From a virus, in the IMG/VR virus record IMGVR_UViG_3300031595_000166, positions 32,001 through 96,000 of that record: a DNA stretch of 64,000 bases. One strand, given 5' to 3'. Positions within the stretch are counted from its first letter, which is position 1. Every line of letters begins with the position of its first letter. Shown piece by piece: positions 28,237 to 40,472 of this stretch. A program made the translations under genes and the position numbers. A model generated the notes under the pieces. That model was given only the letters and a program-made list of their open reading frames with translations, did no database searches and was not told the origin of the DNA.

Positions 28237-28533
28237 ATAACTAACAACGAGGGAAGTGTGGATGTTTCTGCCAATCAGTCAATAGTTCATTTGCTCTTTT
28301 CTCTGCATAATCAAGTCTTTTCACAACGCTTACGAATGCAGCGAAGTCTTTCCTTGGCATACAATATCTTGAATGCGCCGGGACAAAATCATCATTGTCA
28401 ATTTGAGTTGTATCATAGAACGATACATCTTCATGACCAAGATATGATATGCTGAACTTGTGTTTCAAGAATAGCTTCTGTAATGCTTCAAGTTCTTTTT
28501 GATCTTCGCCATGTTCAAGTCTTGGGGTTGTTG

Positions 28534-29193
28534 CTACTTTAATGTATACCATTTGTTTTCCTTTTTGAATCGTTTGTCTTGCAATGCTCTGCGCACCGCT
28601 GAATATGAACAATTTACTCCTGTATTGAATACAATATAGTGAATATCACTTGCTGTCAAGTTATTATGATCTGCGTAATATCCTACAACATTTGCCACAA
28701 TATCCTTCATCGTTGCAATCTTCAACGAAAGATCAATAGGCTTTCTTTGCGTTCTTACTGTAATCTCTTTGTTATCTGCTGTAAATGCTTTTCTAATCTG
28801 ATATGTCCCAATGCTAACTCTCTCGAACATATAGTAGTTATTAGACAGGGCGTGCTGGACATTGCTATACTTATGATATATGCTATTGCTTTTCCATCCA
28901 AGCCCTTCAAGTTTTGTAATGATATCAACAATATGCATTGGACTTGAAGCAGAAAGAACTTGGAAAATCAATGATGATACTGACTTGGTATTGATTTTCT
29001 TTGGCTCAACCTTGCGAATATCTTTTGCTTGGCGAAGCCTCTTTTCTTGACGAGCAAAACTCAATGCAAGTTTTCTAATATCTGATAGTTTTACTTTCTT
29101 GCTTTTCTTTTTTACTGGAACATTACCCCAATAGAAGACTGGTTCTTCTTCTACCTCAATATTCATGGAATTGTAATGTTTTTGCCAGTTCAT
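28534..29193 (-). CDS. winged-helix (HARE-HTH-like) DNA-binding protein
   Basis: LIFQVLSASSPMHIVDII...VQHALS....FERVSIGTYQI, second wHTH-like unit at C-terminus. Confidence 0.55.
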   Translation of the reverse strand: MNWQKHYNSMNIEVEEEPVFYWGNVPVKKKSKKVKLSDIRKLALSFARQEKRLRQAKDIRKVEPKKINTKSVSSLIFQVLSASSPMHIVDIITKLEGLGWKSNSIYHKYSNVQHALSNNYYMFERVSIGTYQIRKAFTADNKEITVRTQRKPIDLSLKIATMKDIVANVVGYYADHNNLTASDIHYIVFNTGVNCSYSAVRRALQDKRFKKENKWYTLK

Positions 29194-29198
29194 TTTTT

Positions 29199-29753
29199 TT
29201 ATACTAATAGCAATAATTTTGATAGATTGTTTTTCCCGTAAATATTCTTGTCGTCCAACGACTCAATATGATTGCCATTGATCCAGTATCGAGTTTCTCC
29301 ATTAGCAAACTCAGTAGCAGGTCCGTCTTCTCGATGACGTTTGCCATTGAGATACCAGCATTTGATTCCATCAGCACACTCAATAGCAGGTCCATCTTTC
29401 CGATGATGTTTGCCATTGAGATACCAATATTTGTCTCCATTAGCATACTCAATAGCAGGTCCGTCTTCCCGATGACGTTTGTCATTGAGAAACCAGCATT
29501 TGATTCCATTAGCATACTCAATAGCAGGTCCGTCTTCCCGATGACGTTTGTCATTGAGATACCAATGTTTGCTTCCATTAGCATCCTCAATAGCAGGACC
29601 ATCTTCTCGATGAAGTTTGCCATTGAGATACCAAGATTTATTTCCATTAGCATACTCAACAGCAGGTCCGTCTTCTCGATGAAGTTTGCCATGAAGATAC
29701 CAGCGTTTGGTTCCACTGCTATTGTCAATTATGCATTCAGGCAGTACAATCAT
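29199..29753 (-). CDS. HREDGPA repeat protein with C-terminal tag
   Basis: 6 repeats; ends YGKNNLSKLLLLV. Confidence 0.85.
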   Translation of the reverse strand: MIVLPECIIDNSSGTKRWYLHGKLHREDGPAVEYANGNKSWYLNGKLHREDGPAIEDANGSKHWYLNDKRHREDGPAIEYANGIKCWFLNDKRHREDGPAIEYANGDKYWYLNGKHHRKDGPAIECADGIKCWYLNGKRHREDGPATEFANGETRYWINGNHIESLDDKNIYGKNNLSKLLLLV

Positions 29754-30265
29754 TTTTCAACTCTGAGATTCTTTCCATACTTCTGATTACAAGATTTGAT
29801 CCAAGCGTTCAATAATGCTTCCATGCTTTTTGGATCTCCGCTTGCGGAACGAAAAGATATTCCAACATGATAGGAAACGCTCCAAGGAAAAACTTCACCA
29901 ATCCAAGATTTGTTCTTATTATCCAACAAGAATGCATCCAATTTTGCCATCGCTTCATCTTGAAGCGAATTATTCTCATATACCTGAATAACAATATCGA
30001 ACAATGCTGCACCAGCACGACGAATTGTAATACAGATATCGTTAGACGAGTGTTGTGCCATCGTAATACCCACTTAGCGCATCGAACACAATTTTTTGCT
30101 TATCCTTATCGACCCACTTCAAACCATCGAATGTTTTGATATATACGACAACATCATTCAACAATTCAATGACATCGCCAGTGTTATACATAACACGCCT
30201 AACATTTGAATTGATGCAGATTAGTTCTGATGCGCCGTTGTCATAATGACGAATAATGTATTCTT

Positions 30266-30676
30266 TCATATCAGCAACAAAAACTTTTGCAAGCTTTCTT
30301 TTCCATAGATTCGTTTGTTATCGAGTTGTGGGATGCGTTTATCATCGATCCAGTATCGAGTTTCTCCATCAGCATACTCAACAGCAGGACCATCTTCTCG
30401 ATGAAGTTTGCCATTAAGATACCAAGATTTGTCTCCATTAGCATTCTCAATGGCAGGTCCGTCTTCCCGATGACGATTGTTATTGAGATACCACCATTTG
30501 CTTCCATTAGCATCCTCAATAGCAGGTCCGTCTTCTCGATGAAGTTTGCCATTAAGATACCAAGATTTATTTCCATTAGCATACTCAATAGCAGGTCCAT
30601 CTTCTCGATGCCATTTGCCATTGAGATACCAGCGCTTGGTTCCATTAGCATCAATGCTACATTCAGGCTGGCTCAT
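30266..30676 (-). CDS. HREDGPA repeat protein with C-terminal tag
   Basis: 4 repeats; ends YGKESLQKFLLLI. Confidence 0.85.
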   Translation of the reverse strand: MSQPECSIDANGTKRWYLNGKWHREDGPAIEYANGNKSWYLNGKLHREDGPAIEDANGSKWWYLNNNRHREDGPAIENANGDKSWYLNGKLHREDGPAVEYADGETRYWIDDKRIPQLDNKRIYGKESLQKFLLLI

Positions 30677-31083
30677 TCCATGCTCAGCTCTCGAATAACT
30701 CTTTTCAGCATATCGCCAGAAAAATTATCCATTTTGGTATGAAGACCAACGCTATTCAGCTTATCCATCATATACTTTGCACCATATGGATTGTATGAAT
30801 GAACGATTGCACGATGGAACCATTTCTCTTCCGGCACATGATGAATCATATAATCAACGAAGTATGCTCCGTGATACTCAGTCTTACGACCATCAGGCTC
30901 TTCACGAATATCATCAAGATCATGATCGAGTAATGCAAGACCAATTGGTTTGGTAAAATTAGAAACGATATCAATACCTTCTTCAACATTGAAGGCGTGT
31001 AATGTATCGTGCCCAGCAGACGAAAGATACTTCTCTGCCAACTCGTGTCTAATGTCTTGATCATCGAGGAATAGGATATACAT
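30673..31083 (-). CDS. stand-alone receiver domain, cyclic-phosphate-processing type
   Basis: LFLDD..IRH, LLDHDL, IVHSYNPYGA motifs. Confidence 0.7.
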   Translation of the reverse strand: MYILFLDDQDIRHELAEKYLSSAGHDTLHAFNVEEGIDIVSNFTKPIGLALLDHDLDDIREEPDGRKTEYHGAYFVDYMIHHVPEEKWFHRAIVHSYNPYGAKYMMDKLNSVGLHTKMDNFSGDMLKRVIRELSME

Positions 31084-32039
31084 CTACTTCAATTTCCTTA
31101 GAAAGGCAACTAAATCATCCCAGTCTTTTTGACGTTTTTTCATTCGTCTAACAATAAAAAAAACACAAGCGAATGCAATAATAATTACAATCCAAAAAAT
31201 CAAAAAGAATAGATCAATCAATCGAAACAACTTTCTTCTTGACTGTTCTCTTTTTAGGCTTCTCTACTTTTTTCGGTTCTTCCTTATTTGGAATGCCAAG
31301 ACGGACATTCAGTTCCTTATAGAACTCTTTCTTTGACCAACCGTATGCCGCAAAATATGAATCAATGGCTTCGGTAAATGCAATATGCTTTATCGCACCG
31401 GACTCATATTTCCTACAATTCTTATTCAGACAATCAACAAGTTGATTGAATTGTTCTTCCGAACCTCTACCATTAGCCATTATCAATTCTCCAATGGAAT
31501 ACGAAACTTCCTTAACATCTTACCACGACGGGGCTTTCGTTGTGGTTCGTCATCAAAATACTCGTCGTATTCAAGTTCAATATCTTCTTGCTGAGGTTGA
31601 AGATCCATTTGCTCGTTATTGATTTGATTCTGCTTATTAGGAGACATGGTTAAATTTGATTTCCTTTTGTTAGATTATGATGTTAGAAAAATTGAACTAA
31701 TACAATTTGTCCAAGGTGAAGTTTTATTACGCTTGCTAATCTCTATTGAGATTCTACTGCCATACGAGTAGATAGTTCCGGATTAACAGGGTAGTTCTGA
31801 TTGTGATGCTTTTTGTTCTTCATTTGCTGGTTCTTTCGCTAATCGCTCAACCATCTCAGATAGCATATCATTTTCGAACTTCAACTGAGAAGCCCGAGCC
31901 TCTGCGAATGTAAGAGCGTATTTGACCTTGTCAAGCTCTATGTTGAGGTCGGATACTGCAAGTAGGTGTGTGATTCTTTGCTTATGAAGTTTTTTTCGTA
32001 GTTTCTTTTTCTTTGACATTTTGTTTGGTTCCTTTATCG

Positions 32040-32111
32040 TACGCCCGGCAAGATTCGAACTCGCATAAATCTCATTAGAACTGAGGTGCCCATCCATTAG
32101 ACCACGGACGC
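32040..32111 (-). tRNA. tRNA-Arg(UCU)
   Basis: GCGTCCG/CGGGCGT acceptor, D loop with GGA (A20 Arg determinant), CTCA-GT-TCT-AA-TGAG, GCGAG-TTCGAAT-CTTGC. Confidence 0.85.
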
Positions 32112-32317
32112 AACTGTTATTGTATTTCCATAACTTCTAAAAACGATCCGTCTTCTTCGTAAGATTTTCCAGTCTGTTCAGTATAAATCTGTTCCATCAA
32201 CAATCTTACGGCTTCTCCCGAAGAAGCATTTGGGAATAGATTTTCTGCCTCTAATACTTCTTCATCCGAGATTGGAATTGTAATTATTGCTTTGTATCTG
32301 ATACTCATTTCCTTCTC

Positions 32318-32641
32318 CTATAATAGTAGTAAATACTTTTCCAGATCCTCAGGAGAGACAAACCTCTCCCATCGTTTTCCTTTGTATGCAATATCTTTAT
32401 ACCAGTGTTGCTTCTTTGTTATACCAACACTCACTCGAACTCTATGATCGAATGGAAAATAATAACTGTTGAAGTTAGCGTAAGTGTATAATTTTCCAGA
32501 CAGCTCAAACACATATATGATACTGATTTGTCCTGCACTACTGAATGGAGCCGTATCACGTAGTCTATGCCAATGTATCTTATGGTTAGCTTCCTTTGGC
32601 GTCCGGCACATTGGTTCTTTGCAAGAAGGGCATCGTGTCAT
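32318..32641 (-). CDS. small protein with CxxC and C-terminal tag
   Basis: Ends SPEDLEKYLLLL. Confidence 0.7.
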   Translation of the reverse strand: MTRCPSCKEPMCRTPKEANHKIHWHRLRDTAPFSSAGQISIIYVFELSGKLYTYANFNSYYFPFDHRVRVSVGITKKQHWYKDIAYKGKRWERFVSPEDLEKYLLLL

Positions 32642-33273
32642 TTTCTTTTTTCGTCAGGAAAATACTTCCACAATATGAATAAACACAAGCCCCAATATAA
32701 ACTTGCTTGAATAATACTATTCGCTAAATACCAATGTGCTCCATATGGGTTGCCATAAGTCATTTTGAGATATGATCTTCTACCATTTGCAATGAACAAC
32801 ATCAATGACATTATGGAAAGAACAATGCGAGTTTTCATTTTTTGATAGCGGCGAAGTTCTGATCTTCCGTAATGTAATTTCCAAGTTCCAATCCTTGACA
32901 CAACGCCCAACATTCATTGGCAGTATCCAGTTTGATTACTCGATCATAGATATTGATCATTGCAGGATATGTTTTTATTGCGCGAAGTTGAGCAATAACA
33001 TCATCAACCTTCAACATGTCGGTAATGATTTTGTATGATTCGCTCATTCAATAACTCTTACTTTGAAGTCCGCATCGTCTATTTTCTTGACCCACAACAT
33101 CGCTTTGCCGTCAAACGACCTACACGCCAGCCAAACGCCCGGAGTCGCGCCACGATAGGGCTCCGTCGTTTCCTGCCGTAGGATCCAACGATCCCCGTGA
33201 TAGGAAGCCCGCTTCTTACCTTGTTCGTTTCGTGGAATGAGTTCTACGAATGTGAATTTTTTTTGACGAGCCA

Positions 33274-33531
33274 TTACATCAACACCAATAGTTTTTTAAG
33301 TTTTTCCATTTGATTCAAAAACGGAATAAAATCGTCCTGCGTTAAAATAATTTGATTAGCGGGGATATTAATAGTAATCCCGTCTTCAACAAGACATTCT
33401 TTTCCATCAGTCCAATTTTCATCATCATCTTTAAATTGCACTGTTATTTGGTAAGTAGCATAATTGTCTAAAACCATTTTTTTGACAACCAATCTCGAAT
33501 CTTCGGTTAGATTCAATACGATGGTATTCAT
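33274..33531 (-). CDS. small protein with C-terminal tag
   Basis: Ends QMEKLKKLLVLM. Confidence 0.65.
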   Translation of the reverse strand: MNTIVLNLTEDSRLVVKKMVLDNYATYQITVQFKDDDENWTDGKECLVEDGITINIPANQIILTQDDFIPFLNQMEKLKKLLVLM

Positions 33532-35155
33532 TACTTCCTACCCTTCACTTCCTTCACTGTATCAAGTGTGCCAGCATTCACAATTGGAATGATTGGCTCA
33601 TCCTTGATTTTTTCCATCATCTCTGGCATTCGTTTTCGATATGCTTCAATTTCTTCAAGTCGTTCATCATCAAGGCTATGTTCAATCTCAAACTCATTCC
33701 TATACTCGTCAATCTGATTTTGAATCCGTCTTTGACATTCGCGAGCTTCAACAAGCGAATCTTCAATCTCAACTAATTCCTTCTTCTTGGAGAGATATAT
33801 CACTGTGTAATGAGCAATATCATTTGTTGCGACGGCAAGTTGCGAATTGAGTTTTTCAATTTTGGTCATTTGATATTCCTTGGACAAACTACACAATGAA
33901 AATAGTATTCGTTTTTGCCATTCCTGCTTGTCGTGATGGTTGCCGGAATAATATGCACACCACGCTTGTCTTTGTCAATAGCAACATGCGGCGTTCCACA
34001 AGATTGGCAAACGAATAGACAAGTATCTAAAACACCATCTGCTTGAAACATTAGTTCCTACCATTACTACTAACGAACATCAATGTTTTACCGTTAGCTT
34101 TGGCAAGGTATGTCATCGCTTGTTCAATCTCGGCTTTGCTTGTTCCACGTTGAAACATTCGATGAACCATTGCTGATAGTTCATCCCGTTCTATACCAAC
34201 GGCAGTAGAGACTTTTTCAAGCCAACCATTTGGTATTGTTAGTTCTTGCGTCATAGTGATTTTATTTTGCCGGCAAACTTTTCAAACAAAAATGCACAAG
34301 TTAAGCACAACGGAATACAACCTAACGGCGCGGGCACCGTAATCATTTCATAATATACTACCGCTGGCTTATCACATAATTCACATTTGTCATCAATATG
34401 AATTAGCTTATCCATTGTATTGCTTGGGCTTAGTAGCCTTCTCACCTACACCGACGCCAGCAAACTTCTTTGGCTTTTCCTTCTTATCTCCATCCCACGG
34501 AAAAATAAACGCAATGTATGCTGCACCAAGAACTGTTGCAATCATGAGGCTAACAAGAAGAATGTGCATTTGAACTCTCCATAGCATTGGCAAGATTCAT
34601 TGTCTTGATACAAACTACAACACAAGCAATTAGCAACGCTGCATCAAGTCCAAGGAAGCAACCACTAATTGTCATATGACCACTATAAAACAAACACACA
34701 GCAACAATGCCAACAAACTTGGCACAGGCAAAAAGACTTCCTGCAACTCTGTTATTATGCTTGATGATTTGATCGTCTTTCATTTCACACCTTTGTAAAT
34801 GTCAATGAAGAATGTTTCAACATCTTTGCTTTCAGCAAACCCAAGTCGTTCCATTGTTTCTCTAACAACTTCCATTGAAACCAATGAATACCATTCATTC
34901 TCAATATCCAACGATGGAGTTAGATTGGGAAGAATATCATCAATGAAGATTGGACAATTTGGAATATGACCAAACTTATTCCAATAAGCAATGGGGGTAA
35001 GAATTACAACGCATTGACCTTTTGCTTTGACCAATGAACTTGGAAGAACGCAATAGTAAAACTCCCAAGGTAATGCGTCTTCGCACATCTCTTTATATGC
35101 ACTATCTTTGTCGGAAGTAGCATAATAAGTTTCGATGTTCTCCCAGTAATTCATT

Positions 35156-35545
35156 TTACACCGCGGTTAGTTTATACTTCTTGCCATCAATCTCAACTTC
35201 TTTACCATCACAAGGATCGGGTCGCTTGTGTAGTTTTGCAACTTCAAGTTTCCAATTGGCTTCGGAATAATATATGCCATTGAGATACCAATATTTGGTA
35301 CCATTAGCAAGCTCAACAGCAGGACCATCTTTCCGATGATATTTGCCATTGAGATACCACCACTTGTTTCCATTAGCAATCTCAATAGCAGCAGGACCGT
35401 CTTCCCGATGATATCTGCCATTGAGATACCAGTGTTTGTCTCCATTAGCATTCTCAATGGCAGGTCCATCTTCCCGATGAAGATTGCCATCGAGATACCA
35501 TTCACGAGTTCCGTTGTCGTAAACCTTTACAGTGTATTCAATCAT
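35156..35545 (-). CDS. HREDGPA repeat protein lacking the C-terminal tag
   Basis: 3 full repeats; ends CDGKEVEIDGKKYKLTAV. Confidence 0.85.
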   Translation of the reverse strand: MIEYTVKVYDNGTREWYLDGNLHREDGPAIENANGDKHWYLNGRYHREDGPAAIEIANGNKWWYLNGKYHRKDGPAVELANGTKYWYLNGIYYSEANWKLEVAKLHKRPDPCDGKEVEIDGKKYKLTAV

Positions 35546-35783
35546 TGTCCTTGCACTCCAACAACATTCAGTGGAAGATTACAATTCTCTTCCATAGAAC
35601 CCATAGTCTCTTCGCCAAGATCAAAATGTTCTTTACATAGGACAACATCAACTCCAACATTGAAGATCGTTCCTTCAACATCCTTCTTGACGAGTGATGC
35701 CTTTACCACACCAGAACCACCACAAAATCCGCAGTCTTTGCTACCTTTGCTCATTTGATTTTTCCTCGACTTTCGTGTCTCTC

Positions 35784-35812
35784 ACAATAGCCACGCCAGA
35801 ACCGTTCGTCAA
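35784..35812 (-). promoter_or_regulatory. sigma70-type promoter
   Basis: TTGACG-17nt-TATTGT, inside 3' end of ORF 35741..35995. Confidence 0.65.
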
Positions 35813-36909
35813 GCCTCGCATCCATGGCTTCCAGTAATGGCGCACACATCCTCTTACCTTGGATACTGCATTATCATCCGCTAAAAGAACGGCTATCACA
35901 ACGGAAAGATCAACATTCAATAGAACACTAACGCCCTTAGTTCCATAGATTTTGCTAAGGTCAATGGCTCGTTGTCTAATCTCTTCGGTTGTCATTTAAC
36001 ATACCCCGGCAGATCTTCCCAATTCAAAACTGGCTTGTCCAACGCAGCCATTGCCATCTTCAATACATCACGCATACTTTCCGCAGTATCTGAAACAAAA
36101 CGACACGGCTCGGAAGTGTATGACTCGACCTTACCGACATCATTGTAAAAAACCTCATACAAACCGAATGAATCATCAGTGTGCTTAATGATACGGTAAT
36201 TCCAATGCCTCTTCATTTTATTTTCCCTTTGGTTCTAACTCCAACATGTCTTCCGAATACATGTACCGACCGGTCTTGTCCCATTGAACATAGTAATAGT
36301 TAGGATCATCATTACGATCTTTTGGAACTATATCGTATATAACACCAACAGCTTTTTCTTCCCCCACAAGAGATACACGATCGTGCCTCTTGAATTTATA
36401 TGGCGTAGCCATATTTATTTCTGACCCTTCGCCCAAGCAAGGATATTTTCAAGAGTTTCAATGCTAAGCGAAACTCCTTCTTTGCCTTGGCTGATATGAA
36501 TCGCCTTTTCATTATCAGTTGCTGCATCGTGTGTATTCGGAACTACTCGAATACGAGGCGACATATAATCTTTGCCACCAGTAATGCTAACATTATCACC
36601 AACGTTGCGCACAATTTCCACCACATTATTATCACTCATTGTCATTTTCCTTTTCGTTGTTGTCTTCTTTGATTAGAATCCAAGTGTCTTTGTGTCCGTC
36701 GCCAAGATAGTTGTAGTAAATTGCAATACGATCATTAGGTCTATCACAATATTTGTAATAACTATCATAGTAATTGGCAAAATTATATGCTTCAAGAGTT
36801 GCCCTAACTATACTATAAGCATTGCGATTATAGCTAATAACTTTATTCGTATCGTGTAATGACCCGTCAGGAAACACCTCATAAATACGATAGTCTGAAT
36901 AGTCTGGCA

Positions 36910-37392
36910 TTATGCTTTCTTCTTTTTCACAAGACCTTTGTTATTGTATGTATCGAAGTCGAGATCTTTTTCTTCAACAAGCGTTTTGCTTACTTCTTGC
37001 GAGCCGCCTTTACTAACAAGATATCCTCTGCCATCCCGAGTATATCTAACTTCGGTAATACCGTTATACATATCGAAGTCAAACTTTTCAATTGTTAGAT
37101 CTGGAATTGTTGGAACGCTGCTTTTCTTTTCAACAATAGCAATCTCTTTTGCTACAATTTGTTGTGGTAGATCATATGCAAGTTCGGTATATTCATACGA
37201 ATAGATCTTGCTATCAGTCCATTCAACCCATACATAATCTCTACCTACGCAACTACAAACCTTCTTATTGCAAGTCTTGCCGCCAGCGGTAGTCGCTCCA
37301 TAACAAGCAATGTATCTTACCTTGCCCGCAACTCTGCTACCACTCGTAGTCTTTACAATGTCATTCACTTTGAAGGAGTTCATCGTCATCAA
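36910..37392 (-). CDS. hypothetical protein, SH3-like N-terminus and two DFDxYN motifs
   Basis: FKVNDIVK...YVWVEW; FDFDMYNG / LDFDTYNN. Confidence 0.6.
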   Translation of the reverse strand: MMTMNSFKVNDIVKTTSGSRVAGKVRYIACYGATTAGGKTCNKKVCSCVGRDYVWVEWTDSKIYSYEYTELAYDLPQQIVAKEIAIVEKKSSVPTIPDLTIEKFDFDMYNGITEVRYTRDGRGYLVSKGGSQEVSKTLVEEKDLDFDTYNNKGLVKKKKA

Positions 37393-38069
37393 TCTTTCTT
37401 ATTCGCCAAGTATCTATTCGCCAATTGATTACAGCAGAAGTTTTCTTATGATCACTCCATTCTAAAATATAACCATTCATACCTTTGGTGAAACCATATA
37501 TCTGCTCAAACATCGATAGAATAATCGCATATCTATATATACTATCTAAATTGTAATATGAATCATCAAGATTGTATTTACGAAGCAATGTTTTCATTGC
37601 AATACTATCGTTCTGATCAACGCTTATTGTGCCGACTTCTTCTTCTCTACCATCGGGATAGAGCTCATATACAGCGAATGTTGTCATATTTACAACGGGT
37701 TATACGAAGAACCTTTACACGACACACAAACTACATCACCATCTTCACCAGTGTTCAGGCAACGCTTACAATCTTTCCTGCTCATATAAACTCCACCAAT
37801 TCCCCAACCACGAATCTCTGTGCCTTTATCCACTTCAATCAATGCATATGCTTTTGCAATGACAACATCTACATGAGTTCCATCAATAAATCCCCACCAA
37901 CCTGGGGTTCCTCCGGACTTTGGGATGAATACCTTCTTTGTTGTTGTGCCAATGGATAGTTTCTTACATAGATCAATAGCAGTATCAATTACATAGCAAG
38001 TATGATCTGGATGACCGTTTCCAGAAACGAGTTCTGATCTTTCCCAAACCTCGTAATGTGCCATTACTA

Positions 38070-38516
38070 TTATGCTCTGTTATGGCAGGAACAATCACAA
38101 GGAGTTTTTTTACAATATGGTCCATTATTACATTTTGCACAAGGAACCGGACAATGGGTGCACATTACATCACCACGACCATATATCGTCATCATATGAG
38201 TATCATCGCAGGTATTACAAACTGGCGACTCAACTTCTGTTGATTTGGCTTTGAGTTTTTCTAACTTGGAAACTACTTCGTATTGTTCAAACTTGATTAG
38301 CCTTGACATCGGATATACTTTGTCTTCATGATTAACCGAAAACACTGCAATGTATTCCATGTCATGACCACCAAGATCCATTAGGAATGAGTTGTTCAAT
38401 TCCAATGTGCTATCATCGTAGAACACAATACTAACATGTCGCTTGAAACGAGGATCATTGGCGTTGAGGTTCTTGCCATACTCTTTTACCAATTCAACTG
38501 CTTGATCGTAATTCAT
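38070..38516 (-). CDS. hypothetical protein with Cys-rich C-terminus (start moved to MNYDQ)
   Basis: GGAG RBS, promoter directly upstream; CxxC/CxxC/CxCxCH tail. Confidence 0.65.
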   Translation of the reverse strand: MNYDQAVELVKEYGKNLNANDPRFKRHVSIVFYDDSTLELNNSFLMDLGGHDMEYIAVFSVNHEDKVYPMSRLIKFEQYEVVSKLEKLKAKSTEVESPVCNTCDDTHMMTIYGRGDVMCTHCPVPCAKCNNGPYCKKTPCDCSCHNRA

Positions 38517-38541
38517 TGACAATCTCCCATGCGAAGGAACC

Positions 38542-38570
38542 AATCTAACCACCCGTCGCAGCCGTGTCAA
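38542..38570 (-). promoter_or_regulatory. sigma70-type promoter
   Basis: TTGACA-17nt-TAGATT. Confidence 0.75.
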
Positions 38571-38946
38571 GACCCGCAAGAAAACTACACGACGCACAAA
38601 CGAACTTCTCACCTACATTGGGAGCGGCGTGGGGCGCTGGTAAATTACAACCAGAACATACCTGATTAGCATTGATTACAATATCTTCTATAATGTCAAC
38701 CATACATGTAGGCGAGACCCAATAAAACCAATTTATGTGATTGAACTCTTGTCCAAGAACAAAACCACCATTACACATATGCCTAAAATTACTATGAGAT
38801 CGATTCCAACTATTCATATCATCTGGTTTTACGTCCCAACCTAATAATGCATACCCACCAAAAAACTCCAACAAAACGCACGGATGAAGTGAGTATTCAC
38901 TAATGAATTGTGTCCCAACTGGAACATTTTTGATATAACAGTTCAT
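38545..38946 (-). CDS. variable domain + C-terminal CxxCxxPAPH Zn-ribbon family
   Basis: NQVCSGCNLPAPHAAPNVGEKFVCASC. Confidence 0.75.
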   Translation of the reverse strand: MNCYIKNVPVGTQFISEYSLHPCVLLEFFGGYALLGWDVKPDDMNSWNRSHSNFRHMCNGGFVLGQEFNHINWFYWVSPTCMVDIIEDIVINANQVCSGCNLPAPHAAPNVGEKFVCASCSFLAGLDTAATGG

Positions 38947-40016
38947 TTATACGCCAATAATTTCATAAGGTTATCAACCTGCATCTCTGCAAAATACTCC
39001 TTGAAAGAATGAACTTTTTTTGCTCGCAATGTAAATAACGCGCCAGAACACTTTGACTTTACGGCTTGCAGTGCGAATGCTTTTTGCTCTGGAATGTCCT
39101 TGATAGCGTCATATTCAGTTTCAAGTTCTGCAATTAGATTGTGCAGTCTGCTTTGTGCTTCATCGAACGCTGGCTTGTATTCAGGAAACGCAATCAACAC
39201 TTCCGGCATTTCTCCTGTTCGCGCAATCTCAACGATTGACTTCTGCGACATCAATCCGTCTTTGGCGTGATGCAACAAGACATAGCCTGGATGCTTGATC
39301 TTTACCCTATTGAACTTTGAATCAACAATAACATAACCTTCTTGTTCCAATGGATTCATTTGCTTGAATGACTCAATACAAGCATCGAAACTGTTCAACG
39401 GAAACTCTTTTACAATTGGGCAAGGGATATATTGTTGTGCTTCTTTTGCAGTTAGTTCCTGCAATGTAATTAGATTACGAGCGCCAAGCAATGTGAGGCT
39501 CGGTTCTTGGTATCGAACTACGATTCTATTTAGCTGTGATGTCAGTTCGAAAAAGAAGCAGATACCACAATTAGGATCTGGTAATTGATACTTGAATGTA
39601 TCCCAGAATAATTTTTGGAATGTAATACCAAAACCGTTGACATCACCGCCAGCGTCCGGCGTTCCAGTTGTTGAAACATGCCATTCACCATTATATGGCC
39701 AGAGACAACTCAAACTTCCATCCACTTTGCATTGAACACGAGCGGTATTCCAATCGATTGTTGCTGCGTGTCCTTCACCCCAGTTAAAAAACTTCTGAAA
39801 ACTCATACATCGGACTGCCCAATCAGCGTTCTCATCCAAAATAATTCCACGACACTCACGAACGATTTGTTCCGAGAACGGTGAATCGATTTGATTATAC
39901 TTGAACAAGACAAGATTGCCGTATGTTGAATGACGCTTTGCATCAATAAAATACTTGTCGGCTAATTCATCGAATGAATAACCGGAGCGAAGGAAGTTTT
40001 GAATTAATAATGTCAT
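38943..40016 (-). CDS. T4 Rnl1-like ATP-dependent RNA ligase
   Basis: ECRGIILD, KFFNWGE, KVDGS (motif I), FFELTS, EGYVI (motif IV), RVKIK (motif V). Confidence 0.88.
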   Translation of the reverse strand: MTLLIQNFLRSGYSFDELADKYFIDAKRHSTYGNLVLFKYNQIDSPFSEQIVRECRGIILDENADWAVRCMSFQKFFNWGEGHAATIDWNTARVQCKVDGSLSCLWPYNGEWHVSTTGTPDAGGDVNGFGITFQKLFWDTFKYQLPDPNCGICFFFELTSQLNRIVVRYQEPSLTLLGARNLITLQELTAKEAQQYIPCPIVKEFPLNSFDACIESFKQMNPLEQEGYVIVDSKFNRVKIKHPGYVLLHHAKDGLMSQKSIVEIARTGEMPEVLIAFPEYKPAFDEAQSRLHNLIAELETEYDAIKDIPEQKAFALQAVKSKCSGALFTLRAKKVHSFKEYFAEMQVDNLMKLLAYK

Positions 40017-40453
40017 ATCAGTATCAGATACTTTTGCAAGTTTTCTTTTCCATAGATTCGTTTGTTATCAAGTTGTGGAATGTGTTTATTATTGATATAG
40101 TAGTAAGTTCTACCATCATCAGCCCATTCACAAGCAGGTCCGTCTTCTCGATGATACTTGTTATTGAGAAACCAGTATTTGTTTCCGTTAGCATACTCAA
40201 CAGCATGACATGTCAATCCCGTTTCGGGATTGATGTCTTCTCGATGAAGTTTGCCATTGAGATACCAAAATTTGCTTCCATTAACATACTCAACAGCAGG
40301 TCCGTCTTCTCGATGAAGTTTGCCATTGAGAAACCAAGATTTGTCTCCATTAGAATACTCAACAGCAGGTCCGTCTTCTCGATGATATTTGTCATTGAGA
40401 TACCAAAATTTGTTTCCATTAGCATCAATTTTACATTCTGTAATATTAGGCAT
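40013..40453 (-). CDS. HREDGPA repeat protein with C-terminal tag
   Basis: 4 repeats incl. INPETGLT insert; ends YGKENLQKYLILI. Confidence 0.85.
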   Translation of the reverse strand: MPNITECKIDANGNKFWYLNDKYHREDGPAVEYSNGDKSWFLNGKLHREDGPAVEYVNGSKFWYLNGKLHREDINPETGLTCHAVEYANGNKYWFLNNKYHREDGPACEWADDGRTYYYINNKHIPQLDNKRIYGKENLQKYLILI

Positions 40454-40472
40454 AATATCCTATACTTTTGCG

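Noticed and set aside
26712-30676. 69-bp repeats as a CRISPR array
   Set aside because: Contiguous in-frame coding repeats with no unique spacers; no cas genes seen
31783-32097. ORF start at 32097
   Set aside because: Lies inside tRNA-Arg; the MSKKKK start at 32019 has an AAGGA RBS
32040-32111. Amber suppressor (CUA) reading of this tRNA and TAG recoding
   Set aside because: The CTCA/TGAG stem centres TCT; A20 fits Arg; TAG serves as a normal stop after conserved C-termini such as 2231 and 6915
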